A stretch of 64,000 nucleotides of DNA from Vulcanimicrobiota bacterium. GTDB lineage: Bacteria; Vulcanimicrobiota; Vulcanimicrobiia; Vulcanimicrobiales; Vulcanimicrobiaceae. The position numbers were made by a program, and so were the translations under genes. Below the pieces are notes generated by a model. That model saw only the letters and a program-made list of their open reading frames with translations. It did no database searches and had not been told where the DNA came from. Where the stretch lies: positions 15,946 through 79,945 of the forward strand of contig CAWGBN010000001.1 of NCBI GenBank assembly GCA_963820825.1. Reading direction: 5' to 3'. Positions 23,436 to 32,852 of the stretch are shown piece after piece. Each line of letters starts with the position of its first letter. Position 1 is the first letter of the stretch.

Positions 23436-25952
23436 ATGGAAGCGGCCAGTCGCCTTGACTTCGGCGCACTGCTCCGGCAGTTTCGCCTCGACGCGGGGAT
23501 GACGCAGCAAACACTCGCCGAACGGGCGAAGCTCAGCGTGGAGGCCGTTGGCGCGCTCGAGCGTGGGGCACGAACGCGGCCCTATCGGGAGACGGTTGTC
23601 CTGCTCGCGCGCGCGCTCGAGCTGTCGTCCGAGCGTGAGGCGCTCCTGGAAAGCACGATCGACGCTGCGCATTCGCCGCGGCGGCGGTCTCGCATTGACG
23701 CCGTTAAACCGTCACTGTTGAGGATCGTGCGACGCCCCGCGGAGGTGACGCCAGGGCACAATCTCCCGCAACAGTTGACTTCCTTCATCGGGCGGCAACG
23801 CGAGATCGGCGAGGTCACGCGGCTCCTGAAGGAGCATCGGCTCGTGACGATTGTCGGCGCCGGGGGAGTCGGCAAGACACGCACAGCCGAGCAGATTGCG
23901 AGCGGATTGCTCGACGATTATTCCGACGGCGTATGGCTAGTGGATTTGGCCCCCATTGCGGATCCAACCCACGTGGCGAGCGCGATCTCGAATGCCCTGC
24001 AGCTTCCGCCCACCGCCGGCTCCGCGTTAGATGCTGTCGTCGCCTACCTCAAGGCGCGCCGCCTCCTGCTGATCTTGGACAGCTGCGAGCATGTGGTCGC
24101 TGAGACGCGTGACATTATCGCTGCGATCGTGGCCTCGTGCCCCGCCGTCGGCCTTCTCGCGACCAGCCGAGAGCCGTCGCGCGTCCCCGGCGAGCAGATC
24201 TATCGGTTGCCCTCGCTTACAGCCCCACCCGATTCGTGCCGCAATTCGCGGGATGCGTTGAGGTACGTGGCGGTGGCGCTGTTTGTCGATCGCGCGTGTG
24301 CCGTCGACGCCGGGTTTGTGTTGACCGAGGAAAACGCACAGCCTGTTGCCGAGATTTGTCGCCGTCTCGATGGTATTCCGCTCGCGATCGAGCTAGCCGC
24401 CGCGCGCGCAAACGTGCTCGCCCCTGCCCAGATTGCCCAGCGCCTCGACCAGCGGTTCCGCCTGCTCACCGGTGGCGACCCCCGCGCCCTGCCGCGGCAC
24501 CAGACCATGACGGCCCTTTTCGACTGGAGCTACGACCTGCTGACCCCGCGCGAGCAGAGGTTCTTTGAGTCGCTCTCGGTTTTCTCCGGTGGTTGTACGC
24601 TCGAGGCGGCGACGGCGGTCTGCGCAAGTGAGGGTGAAGATGACATACAAGTGGTCGACCTCGTCGCATCATTGGTTAAGAAGTCGCTGTTGCTCGCCGA
24701 ACTGTCCGGCAGCGAGCAACGTTATCGTCTCTTAGAATCGTCGCGCCGTTACGCATGGGATAAGTTAGCGATACGCGGCGAGCATGAGCGGGTAGCGCGG
24801 CGTCATGCCCTCGTCTATCTGGACCTAGCAGAGCGGCTCGACCGAGCGTGGTGCACGATGCCCGAGCAAGCGTGGGATGCGCAGGCGCACATCGAATTGC
24901 AGAATTGGCGCGCGGCATTGGACTGGACGCTGACAAGACGCGGCGATATCGTCGTGGGGCAACGCTTAGCTGCGCAGAGCCCAGTTCGCGACGGCTTCAC
25001 GTTGGCTGAGGGACGGCGGTGGGTTCGAGCGGCACTCGCTTTAGTCGATGAACGCGCCGAGCCCGAGGTCGTGGCACGGCTCGAATTGGGCGACGCGTAC
25101 GTCTCTGCACAGTTCGGTGAACGCAAAGTGTCGTTGGCCGCTGCAGAGCGGGCCCTGGTGCGGTATCGCGAACTCGGAGACGTACGGCATATCGCTACGG
25201 CACAGTACATGGTGGGCTCATCGCTGGCGCTTCTCCAAAAGCCCACCGAGGCCGAGGCAATGCTGCGAGACGCCTTGGAAACGGCGCGGGCGCAGGGCAA
25301 TCGTCGGCTGGAGGCTGATGTCCTAAACATAATCGGGTGGGTCCGCTCCGCTGTCGGTGATTTCGCCGGCGCTCGCGCTTCTCTTATGGAGGCACTCGGC
25401 TTAGCGAGGGTAATCGGTGCTGAGTCTTTCGGAGCAAGCGTTATCATAAGCCTTGCCGAGAACGAATTTGACGCCGGAAACTCAGAAGCGGCGCTGGAGC
25501 TCACGGTCGATTTGCTCCAGAATCACGCGCTACACGTCGAGACCGCGGCGATCGCCCTCGGCAACGTGGCGGCGTACTTGATCGCATTGGAGAGGTACGA
25601 TGAGGCGCGACTGCGCGCCTATGAGCGGCTCGAAGCCGCCCGTGGCCTTCAGATGGCGCCGTGTGTCGCACTATCGCTATATCATCTTTCGCTGGTGGCC
25701 CTGCTGACGCCCCGAGCCCGAGAGCGAGTTACATTTGGAGCGCGCGCGGGCGCGTCGCGGCTCTTGGGCTTCTTCGAGGGGCGCCGTACCGAACTCGGAA
25801 TCACGGTGGAACGCGGTTTGCGGCCACAATACGACCGTGCGCTAGCCCGCCTTCGAGAGACTATCAGCGCTGATGAACTTGAGAAGTTGATGGCCGGCGG
25901 CGCAAGGATGACCGAAGATGATGCCGTCCAGCAAGCGCGCGCCCTGGAGTAG
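23436..25952 (+). CDS. XRE-type HTH + STAND/NB-ARC-like NTPase + TPR transcriptional regulator
   Basis: FGALLRQFRLDAGMTQQTLAERA (HTH); HNLPQQLTSFIGR, GAGGVGKT, LLILDSCEH, LDGIPLAIELAAAR; helical C-terminus. Confidence 0.92.
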   Translation: MEAASRLDFGALLRQFRLDAGMTQQTLAERAKLSVEAVGALERGARTRPYRETVVLLARALELSSEREALLESTIDAAHSPRRRSRIDAVKPSLLRIVRRPAEVTPGHNLPQQLTSFIGRQREIGEVTRLLKEHRLVTIVGAGGVGKTRTAEQIASGLLDDYSDGVWLVDLAPIADPTHVASAISNALQLPPTAGSALDAVVAYLKARRLLLILDSCEHVVAETRDIIAAIVASCPAVGLLATSREPSRVPGEQIYRLPSLTAPPDSCRNSRDALRYVAVALFVDRACAVDAGFVLTEENAQPVAEICRRLDGIPLAIELAAARANVLAPAQIAQRLDQRFRLLTGGDPRALPRHQTMTALFDWSYDLLTPREQRFFESLSVFSGGCTLEAATAVCASEGEDDIQVVDLVASLVKKSLLLAELSGSEQRYRLLESSRRYAWDKLAIRGEHERVARRHALVYLDLAERLDRAWCTMPEQAWDAQAHIELQNWRAALDWTLTRRGDIVVGQRLAAQSPVRDGFTLAEGRRWVRAALALVDERAEPEVVARLELGDAYVSAQFGERKVSLAAAERALVRYRELGDVRHIATAQYMVGSSLALLQKPTEAEAMLRDALETARAQGNRRLEADVLNIIGWVRSAVGDFAGARASLMEALGLARVIGAESFGASVIISLAENEFDAGNSEAALELTVDLLQNHALHVETAAIALGNVAAYLIALERYDEARLRAYERLEAARGLQMAPCVALSLYHLSLVALLTPRARERVTFGARAGASRLLGFFEGRRTELGITVERGLRPQYDRALARLRETISADELEKLMAGGARMTEDDAVQQARALE

Positions 25953-25954
25953 TA

Positions 25955-27045
25955 TTAGGCGGGTGTACCTGTTGCGCTGAGCTCTTCCGCGTCGAGCGAG
26001 CAACCTCGTAACGAGGCTTCGCGGTCTCGACCGATCAGCACGAGCCCCTCGGCGGTTTCTATTCCCAGGTCTTCGGTCTGAACCGCGATGCACGACGAGC
26101 GATTTGCGAGGTCGACGTGCAGCAGGGCTCCGATCGTGCCGCGCGGGAGCGTCGTCCGCTCCGGTCCGACGACGCGGGTGCGCAGCCAGGGGGGACCGAC
26201 GTACGCTTGCGATGCGCCAACACGGTAGTACTGCGAGCTGAGCTCGGTCATCCCGTATTCGGAGACGACTGCATCGTGCGCTATGCCAAATCGCATGCGA
26301 AGGGATTCTTCGAGTTCGCTGGGTTCCACGATGCGGGAGCGACCTTTGAAGCCACCGGTCGTCATGATGCGAGATCCCGGCGGCAGCTCGAAAGTCACAC
26401 CGCGCGCGGCCATCGCGTCGAGCAGATGAACGAGCGCGAAGGTCGTCGCGGCGATGCAGACGGCTTCGCGCTCCGTGACCGCGGTGCGAAGGTCGCGCTC
26501 GAACGTATCGGCGAGCAACTCGTCGCCGTGCAAATACCAACCCGTCCAGTTGCCACCGCGCTCCTTGCCGATTCGGGCCATCATATAGCCGAGTGACGAC
26601 GAAGCGCGGTCCGCCGGATCGGGCACGAGATTGAAGTACCGCAAGCGTGCATCGCGCAGCACGAGCCGGTCGAACCCCGCCAACGACGCCGCGTCGTAAA
26701 GCATCGTCGTCTGCATGTAGTGCCGCCCGGGCCTGCCGCGCGTCGTTCCGCTCGTCTCGAAGACCACTGCCGCCGTTGCGGAATCGAACGTCGCAGCGAC
26801 GCTTCTGCGAACGCCGGCGCCGGGACGGCGGGTATCGCTTCCCACGATGGGGGAGGCGCAGTGATACCGAGCCGCGCGCAATATCGCTCGTACGGCACGT
26901 TATAACGAAGCTGATAGGCGAAGAGGCGGAGGGCGAGGCCGTTAAAAGCCGCGTCGTCGAAAACCTCGCCGCGCACGTGCCACGCCTCGATAACGCCGAG
27001 AATCTCGGCATCGAGCGCCTGCGACTCACTTTCGTAGTCCGACAT
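25955..27045 (-). pseudogene. Acyl-protein synthetase LuxE-like protein; frameshift near 26795 (probable sequencing error)
   Basis: N-part LFAYQLRYNVPY..IPAVP; C-part FETSGTT, TTGGFKGR, SEYGMTELSSQ, IAVQTEDLG, LRGCSL. Confidence 0.8.
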
Positions 27046-27058
27046 TGCTTGCTAGTTC

Positions 27059-27084
27059 GTCACCCTTCGACAAGCTCAGGTGAC
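27059..27084. repeat. REP-like palindrome, copy 1
   Basis: GTCACCCTTCGACAAGCTCAGGTGAC; the 18-bp core recurs inverted at 35322-35339. Confidence 0.75.
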
Positions 27085-27095
27085 ACCCAAGGCGG

Positions 27096-27449
27096 TTAGT
27101 GGACGAGTTCGATTTGCGAGAGTTCGGCGGCGTCGCCCGAGCGGACTCGCGTTTTGGTGATGCGTGTGTATCCGCCCGTGCGGCCTTTGAGCGCCGGGGC
27201 GATCTGTTCGACGAGCTTCTTCACGACGGCCGGCTCGGTGATGAACTCCGCGAGGTGGCGCCGCGCGGCGAGATCGCCGGCCATCGCCGTAGTGATCAGC
27301 CGCTCGGCCACCCGGCTGATCTCCTTCGCCTTTGCCGACGTCGTCTCGATCTTCTCGTGCTTGAAGAGCGAGGTCGCCAAATTGCGCAGGAGCGCCTTGC
27401 GATGGCCGTCCGTTCGGGAGAGTCGTTTATAGGCGATGGAATGCGGCAT
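27096..27449 (-). CDS. rplQ: 50S ribosomal protein L17
   Basis: HRKALLRNLATSL, IETTSAKAKE, GGYTRI. Confidence 0.98.
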   Translation of the reverse strand: MPHSIAYKRLSRTDGHRKALLRNLATSLFKHEKIETTSAKAKEISRVAERLITTAMAGDLAARRHLAEFITEPAVVKKLVEQIAPALKGRTGGYTRITKTRVRSGDAAELSQIELVH

Positions 27450-27462
27450 TCTCGTTACTTCG

Positions 27463-28392
27463 CTACGATTGACGCAGCGAAAGCCCCCTCTCTGCTAGAA
27501 CCTGCTTGATCTCGTCGAGCGACTTCTTCCCGAAGTTGCGCATCTTCATGATCTCGTCCTCGGTGAGGTCGAGCAGCTCGGAGACCTTCGAGATGCCCGC
27601 CCGCTTGAGGCAGTTGAACGACCGCACCGAAAGGTTAAGTGTCTCCACCGGGATGTCCCACTCGTTCGGCGGCGTCTCGGGCAGCGGCTCGGAGCGATTC
27701 GTAAACGAGACGAAGAGGTCGAGCTCCTCCTGCATGATCGAGGCGGCCGTCGAGAGGGCGTCGTCGGGCGTAATCGAGCCGTTGGTCTCCACCTCGACGG
27801 TGAGGCGGTCGTAATCGACGCTCTGTCCGACGCGGGTGTCGTCAACGGTGAAGTTCACCTTGCGAATCGGCGAGAAGATCGAGTCGAGCGGAATCAAACC
27901 GATCATGTGCTCGACGTTGCGCTGCCGGTCGGCCATGACGTAGCCGCGCCCCTGCTCGACGCCGATCTCCATCGTCAGCTTCGCATCCTTCGCCGAGAGC
28001 GTGCAGAGCCGATAACTGGGATCGAGGATCTCGACGTCGGCATCGGGGACGATGTCGGCCGCGGTGACGTCGCGCGCGCCGCTAACCGAAAGCGTCAGGA
28101 CCTTCGGCTCGTCGCTGTTGAGCTTTACCGGAAGTCCCTTGAGGTTGAGCATCAGCGCGATCGTATCTTCGGCCATTCCCGGAATCGTCGAGAACTCGTG
28201 GAGGACGCCGTCGATCTTCATGTAGGTGACGGCCGCTCCTGGGATCGAGCTGAGCAGCACGCGCCGCAGCGCGTTGCCGAGCGTGATGCCAAAGCCGCGC
28301 TCGAGCGGTTCGATAACGAACTTCGCATAGTTGTCGCGACGCTCGCGTACTTCAATGGTCGCCCCGACGGGCGCCTCCATCATGGTTGTCAT
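27463..28392 (-). CDS. rpoA: RNA polymerase alpha subunit
   Basis: EPLERGFGITLGNALRRVLLSS, LSVRSFNCLKRAGI, NFGKKSL. Confidence 0.99.
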   Translation of the reverse strand: MTTMMEAPVGATIEVRERRDNYAKFVIEPLERGFGITLGNALRRVLLSSIPGAAVTYMKIDGVLHEFSTIPGMAEDTIALMLNLKGLPVKLNSDEPKVLTLSVSGARDVTAADIVPDADVEILDPSYRLCTLSAKDAKLTMEIGVEQGRGYVMADRQRNVEHMIGLIPLDSIFSPIRKVNFTVDDTRVGQSVDYDRLTVEVETNGSITPDDALSTAASIMQEELDLFVSFTNRSEPLPETPPNEWDIPVETLNLSVRSFNCLKRAGISKVSELLDLTEDEIMKMRNFGKKSLDEIKQVLAERGLSLRQS

Positions 28393-28477
28393 CTGGTTTC
28401 TCTGTCCTTTTTGCTGCTTACGTTATCCGCGGCGATCCCGTGGACCGCAACGATCGTACGCCTAACAGCGGAGAGTG

Positions 28478-28618
28478 CTTTTGTCCTCGCCACGTCCGGC
28501 TCGGACACATTCGTCGCGCCACCTCCATGTGGCGCTCCTATCGACTGCCTCGGCCTCCGCAATCCGGCTGCGGCGCTCGGTCAGACGGTCCTCGCCGGAA
28601 CGTGGCGAGAACGAAAAG
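28478..28618. repeat. About 140-bp palindromic (MITE/REP-like) element between rpsD and rpoA
   Basis: CTTTTGTCCTCGCCACGTCCGGC pairs with GCCGGAACGTGGCGAGAACGAAAAG; inner hairpin GCGCCAC-CTCCAT-GTGGCGC. Confidence 0.7.
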
Positions 28619-28619
28619 A

Positions 28620-29276
28620 TTATCGCGAGTAGTACTCGACGATCAGTTGCTCGTCGACCGGCGTGTCGATCTGCTCGCGGGGCGGTGCCTGCAGCACCTT
28701 GGCCGTCTTCTCTTCGCCGTTCCACTCGAGCCAATCGGGCGGGCGCCGGCTCTGCGCGACCTCGAGGTTCGATTCGAAGACCGGGGACTTGAGGCTGCCC
28801 GGCGCGATCGAGATCACGTCTCCCGGACGTACGACGTACGAGGGGATGTTCACGATGCGGCCGTTTACGCGAAAGTGTCGGTGGGTGACCAGCTGGCGCG
28901 CTTGGGCCCGGCTCGACGCCAAGTTCAAGCGATAGACGACGTTGTCGAGCCGCCGCTCAAGCAACTGTAAAAAGGTGCGTCCGGTTTGCCCGGGCACGCG
29001 TGCCGCCTCGCGGAAGTAGTTTTCGAACTGCGTCTCGTGCACGCCGTAGTACCGGCGCATCTTCTGCTTCTCGCGCAGTTGGCGGCCGTACTCCGAGACC
29101 TTCGTCCGAGACTTTCCGGCGGTCTTCTGCCCCGGTGCGGTACCGCGCCGCTCGACCGCGCAGTTGCGCGAGAGGCAGCGGTCGCCCTTGAGAAAGAGTT
29201 TGATCTTCTCTCCGGTCTTGCTCGCGGCCGTCTCGCGACGGCAGAGGCGGCAGACCGGACCCGTGTAACGCGACAT
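28620..29276 (-). CDS. rpsD: 30S ribosomal protein S4 (Cys/Zn type)
   Basis: [38 protein letters not shown]. Confidence 0.99.
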   Translation of the reverse strand: MSRYTGPVCRLCRRETAASKTGEKIKLFLKGDRCLSRNCAVERRGTAPGQKTAGKSRTKVSEYGRQLREKQKMRRYYGVHETQFENYFREAARVPGQTGRTFLQLLERRLDNVVYRLNLASSRAQARQLVTHRHFRVNGRIVNIPSYVVRPGDVISIAPGSLKSPVFESNLEVAQSRRPPDWLEWNGEEKTAKVLQAPPREQIDTPVDEQLIVEYYSR

Positions 29277-29283
29277 CGTGCGG

Positions 29284-29679
29284 CTACACCCGGCGACGTT
29301 TCGGCGGACGGCAGCCGTTATGCGGAATCGGCGTAACGTCTTTGATCATCGTGATCTCCAAGCCCGCGGCTTGAAGCGAGCGGATCGCCGCCTCGCGACC
29401 GGCACCGGGACCCTTGACGAGCACTTCGGTCGACTTCATGCCGTGCTCCATCGCTTTGCGCGCGGCGGCTTCCGCCGCCATCTGCGCGGCGAATGGAGTC
29501 GATTTCTTCGAACCCTTGAAGCCGAGGTTGCCCGCCGAGGCCCAGGAGACGACGCCACCGTGCGGGTCGCTGATCGTTACGATCGTGTTGTTAAAGGATG
29601 CATGCACGTGCGCGACGCCCGCCTGGACGTTCTTGACCTCGCGCTTGCGCCGCGATTTCGTTTGTTTTTTGGCCGCCAA
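29284..29679 (-). CDS. rpsK: 30S ribosomal protein S11
   Basis: [36 protein letters not shown]. Confidence 0.99.
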   Translation of the reverse strand: MAAKKQTKSRRKREVKNVQAGVAHVHASFNNTIVTISDPHGGVVSWASAGNLGFKGSKKSTPFAAQMAAEAAARKAMEHGMKSTEVLVKGPGAGREAAIRSLQAAGLEITMIKDVTPIPHNGCRPPKRRRV

Positions 29680-29756
29680 AAATCTCTCCGCCCACAGAAG
29701 GGGTCATAACAGTCGAGCCGACGATGATGCCGGGCCTCGAGAAGGCCCAAGAAGGT

Positions 29757-29786
29757 ATCTTACCTGGAGGGGGCCGCCAAAGGCAA
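29757..29786 (-). promoter_or_regulatory. Putative sigma70 promoter of rpsK-rpsD-rpoA-rplQ
   Basis: TTGCCT-18 bp-TAAGAT, immediately downstream of a GC hairpin. Confidence 0.65.
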
Positions 29787-29832
29787 GGGGCCCGGTCCCA
29801 GACCGAGCCCCCAGCAGCTACCCCGCCTAGCC

Positions 29833-31164
29833 TTACGGATAGAGGAGCCTAAATCCGATCCCTGCGAACGGCCCGTTATAGGAGCGGTTCACCGGAGCGT
29901 TCTGCTTGTTCGACCAGCTGTCGCCCATCCAGCCGCCCTCGATGAAGAGCGGGGTGTTTCCCAGGGCGATCGTGATGCCGGCCTGGTACTTCAGGATGTT
30001 GTATTGGAGCGGCAGTGAGCTCGTGTGGAACCCGGTACTGGGGTACTGATTCGGCAGCTGGACGCTTGCCGTGCCGTTGACGCTCGGGTAGTACCAGACG
30101 CTCCCGAAGAACGAGAATACGTGGTTGAGGTCGGGGAGCTTCTCTCCGCCGAACCCGACGCCGTTGAGGCTCGGGTAGCCGTAGTTGTTGGCCATCCAGA
30201 GGTACCCGACGCCGACGTAGATCCGCGGTTGCAGAACGCGCACGGCCAAGCGGGCATCGACGTCCTGGTCGTAGAGCGGCGAGGTGGTAACTACCGGCGT
30301 GCTGCCGTTGCCGCCGATCACCGTAACGAGACATTCGGCCGGAACCGCACCGCCGGCGGCGCTCGCCGGGCAGTTATGCGGGTACTGCCAGCGCTCGTAC
30401 GAGCCTTCGACCATGAGTGGAATGGTACCAATCCCGAACTCACCCGCCCCGCGGATCGCGAACGAGTTGTTCCCCGAGTTGCCGGGGCTGAACTCGTTGT
30501 AGACTTTTGGCGAGAAGATGTAATCGCCGGCGACGAAGGCCTCGCTCGCCAACGGCTTGGGAGTCGGCGGGGGCGGCGGCGGCGGGGGGGGTGCGGGCGG
30601 CGGCGGAGCCGGGCTCGGCGGCGGCGTCGCGGGAATGTACCGCACGACGACCAGACGCTTGTCCGGAACCCACTGCACGTATGCCCCCATGCCTTCCGAA
30701 ATCACACGGACCGGCACGACGACGACGCCTTGATAGATCATCGGCGGAACGTCCAGCGGACGCGATTCGCCGTTGATCATGACTTCGGCTTTACCGACGG
30801 TCACCTTGACCTCGGCGCCCGGCTTCGAGATCGTTGCCGTTTGACTTCCGGCATCCCACGAAACCGTTGCTCCCATCTGTTCAAACATCGAGCGCAGCGG
30901 AATGAAGAGTGTGCCGCCCTTCACCAATGCCGCCAGCACGCGACCTTGCTTGAGCAGGTCGGGCTTACTGTAAACGTGATGATCGTTGTAAAGGATTGGA
31001 ATCTGGCCGGACGGCGGAGAACCAAAATCCGCCGGCGGTGCGCCCCCTTGCGCGACGCCGTTTCCTACGTTTCCTGGCGTCGCATTTGCCGGAGCAGCAA
31101 CCGCGTTGAGCCCGCAGAGCGTGACAATCAGCGCTGCGAGTACTCCGGTGCTCAGTCGTTTCAC
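29833..31164 (-). CDS. Secreted copper-amine-oxidase-N (stalk) domain protein with Pro linker and beta-rich C-terminal domain, paralogue A
   Basis: GGAGG plus GTG, signal peptide, FIPLRSMFEQMGATVSWD, VPVRVISEGMGAYVQW, poly-Pro, aromatic-rich beta strands. Confidence 0.85.
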   Translation of the reverse strand: MKRLSTGVLAALIVTLCGLNAVAAPANATPGNVGNGVAQGGAPPADFGSPPSGQIPILYNDHHVYSKPDLLKQGRVLAALVKGGTLFIPLRSMFEQMGATVSWDAGSQTATISKPGAEVKVTVGKAEVMINGESRPLDVPPMIYQGVVVVPVRVISEGMGAYVQWVPDKRLVVVRYIPATPPPSPAPPPPAPPPPPPPPPTPKPLASEAFVAGDYIFSPKVYNEFSPGNSGNNSFAIRGAGEFGIGTIPLMVEGSYERWQYPHNCPASAAGGAVPAECLVTVIGGNGSTPVVTTSPLYDQDVDARLAVRVLQPRIYVGVGYLWMANNYGYPSLNGVGFGGEKLPDLNHVFSFFGSVWYYPSVNGTASVQLPNQYPSTGFHTSSLPLQYNILKYQAGITIALGNTPLFIEGGWMGDSWSNKQNAPVNRSYNGPFAGIGFRLLYP

Positions 31165-31322
31165 GAGTGCCTCCTAAATAAAGTGGAAAACCATGCCGGC
31201 GACGCGGGCAGGCCCCTCGCCAGCCCTATAGCACGAGCTGCCGCTTGGAGCGTCGCCTCTCGCGCAAACACACGATAGCGGTTCTTCCCCTCGCGCGCAA
31301 CAGAATAAACGCCGGCCTCGGT

Positions 31323-31358
31323 AAAAAGAGAGAGCGCTCCCTTGGTGGGGAGCGCTCT
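31323..31358 (-). terminator. Rho-independent terminator after paralogue B
   Basis: 11-bp stem AGAGCGCTCCC/GGGAGCGCTCT followed by CTCTTTTT on the minus strand. Confidence 0.8.
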
Positions 31359-31411
31359 GCCTGTTTTGCCCGTTCCGGGGACTCCTGAGAGCCCTCGAAA
31401 CTCGGTAGGGT

Positions 31412-32725
31412 CTAGAACGGAGCGAAGAAGAGCAGACCTGCGTAGGCGCCGTTCATGGTAGACGAGATCGGGTAGTTGTTCTTGTTGGCGGCGTTTTCAC
31501 CGGCCCAGCCGGCCTCGATTGCGACCGCCGGGATGAACGCCCACGCGACTCCGACTTTATACTTCAGCAAGTTCGAACCGACGCCGAAGGTTTCGTTCGG
31601 AGGAATCGCGTTCGGACCGCTAGTGTACGTTCCACGATAGTTCGGATAGTAGTAAACGGAGCCGTAGTAGGTGAACGAGTGACCGAAGTCCGGCAGCTTT
31701 TCGAGGCCGCCGCCGACGGCTCGCACGTTCGGATAACCGTAGTTGTTCGATCCCCAGATGTAACCGACCGCAGCGTAAACGTGCGGATTGAGGATCCGTA
31801 TACCCAACCGCACATCCAGGTCGCGGTCGACCGCGGTAAAGCCCGGCACAAACGTCGAGCCCCTTCCGCCGATCACCGTGACGTAGCACTGCGGAGCAGC
31901 TTGCGCCGATGTCCCTGCCGCTACGCCGCAGTTATGCGGATACTGCCAGTTTTCGTAATCGGCTTCGACCATGAACGGCAGGCTCCACGCGTCGAACTCC
32001 AGGCCGCCGCGAACGCTGTACGACGAGCCCGCTCCACCGTTGCCGGGCGAGAACGCATTGTAGACCTTCGGATTGAAGATATAGTCGCCCGCAACAAATG
32101 CGACGTTGGGCGTATGGATTGGTGCCGGAGTTGGCGGCGGCGGCGGCGGGGGTGCGGGCGGCGGCGGAGCCGGGCTCGGCGGCGGCGTCGCGGGAATGTA
32201 CCGCACGACGACCAGACGCTTGTCCGGAACCCACTGCACGTATGCCCCCATGCCTTCCGAAATCACACGGACCGGCACGACGACGACGCCTTGATAGATC
32301 ATCGGCGGAACGTCCAGCGGACGCGATTCGCCGTTGATCATGACTTCGGCTTTACCGACGGTCACCTTGACCTCGGCGCCCGGCTTCGAGATCGTTGCCG
32401 TTTGACTTCCGGCATCCCACGAAACCGTTGCTCCCATCTGTTCAAACATCGAGCGCAGCGGAATGAAGAGTGTGCCGCCCTTCACCAATGCCGCCAGCAC
32501 GCGACCTTGCTTGAGCAGGTCGGGCTTACTGTAAACGTGATGATCGTTGTAAAGGATTGGAATCTGGCCGGACGGCGGAGAACCAAAATCCGCCGGCGGT
32601 GCGCCCCCTTGCGCGACGCCGTTTCCTACGTTTCCTGGCGTCGCATTTGCCGGAGCAGCAACCGCGTTGAGCCCGCAGAGCGTGACAATCAGCGCTGCGA
32701 GCACTCCGATGCTCAGTCGTTTCAC
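31412..32725 (-). CDS. Secreted copper-amine-oxidase-N (stalk) domain protein, paralogue B
   Basis: Same N-terminal ~190 aa as paralogue A; divergent beta-rich C-terminus ending in Phe. Confidence 0.85.
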   Translation of the reverse strand: MKRLSIGVLAALIVTLCGLNAVAAPANATPGNVGNGVAQGGAPPADFGSPPSGQIPILYNDHHVYSKPDLLKQGRVLAALVKGGTLFIPLRSMFEQMGATVSWDAGSQTATISKPGAEVKVTVGKAEVMINGESRPLDVPPMIYQGVVVVPVRVISEGMGAYVQWVPDKRLVVVRYIPATPPPSPAPPPPAPPPPPPPTPAPIHTPNVAFVAGDYIFNPKVYNAFSPGNGGAGSSYSVRGGLEFDAWSLPFMVEADYENWQYPHNCGVAAGTSAQAAPQCYVTVIGGRGSTFVPGFTAVDRDLDVRLGIRILNPHVYAAVGYIWGSNNYGYPNVRAVGGGLEKLPDFGHSFTYYGSVYYYPNYRGTYTSGPNAIPPNETFGVGSNLLKYKVGVAWAFIPAVAIEAGWAGENAANKNNYPISSTMNGAYAGLLFFAPF

Positions 32726-32852
32726 GAGTGCCTCCTTAAGAATATGGACTTTTCCATGCATGCAGTCTCACGAAAGTTGGGGAAATTGCTGTGAAGCATG
32801 CGAGAAGATCGCGCGAAGGCGCGTCAGTTAATGTGTTTTATCGCTCGGTCGC

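Noticed and set aside
21940..25952. Prophage, transposon or Avs-type defence island
   Set aside because: No integrase, transposase, att repeats or nuclease effector; the N-terminal domain is a plain HTH, which fits a transcriptional regulator.
29833..32725. Diversity-generating retroelement or invertase shufflon behind the paralogue pair
   Set aside because: No reverse transcriptase or recombinase in the window, the copies are in direct orientation, and the shared block shows no adenine-specific variation.
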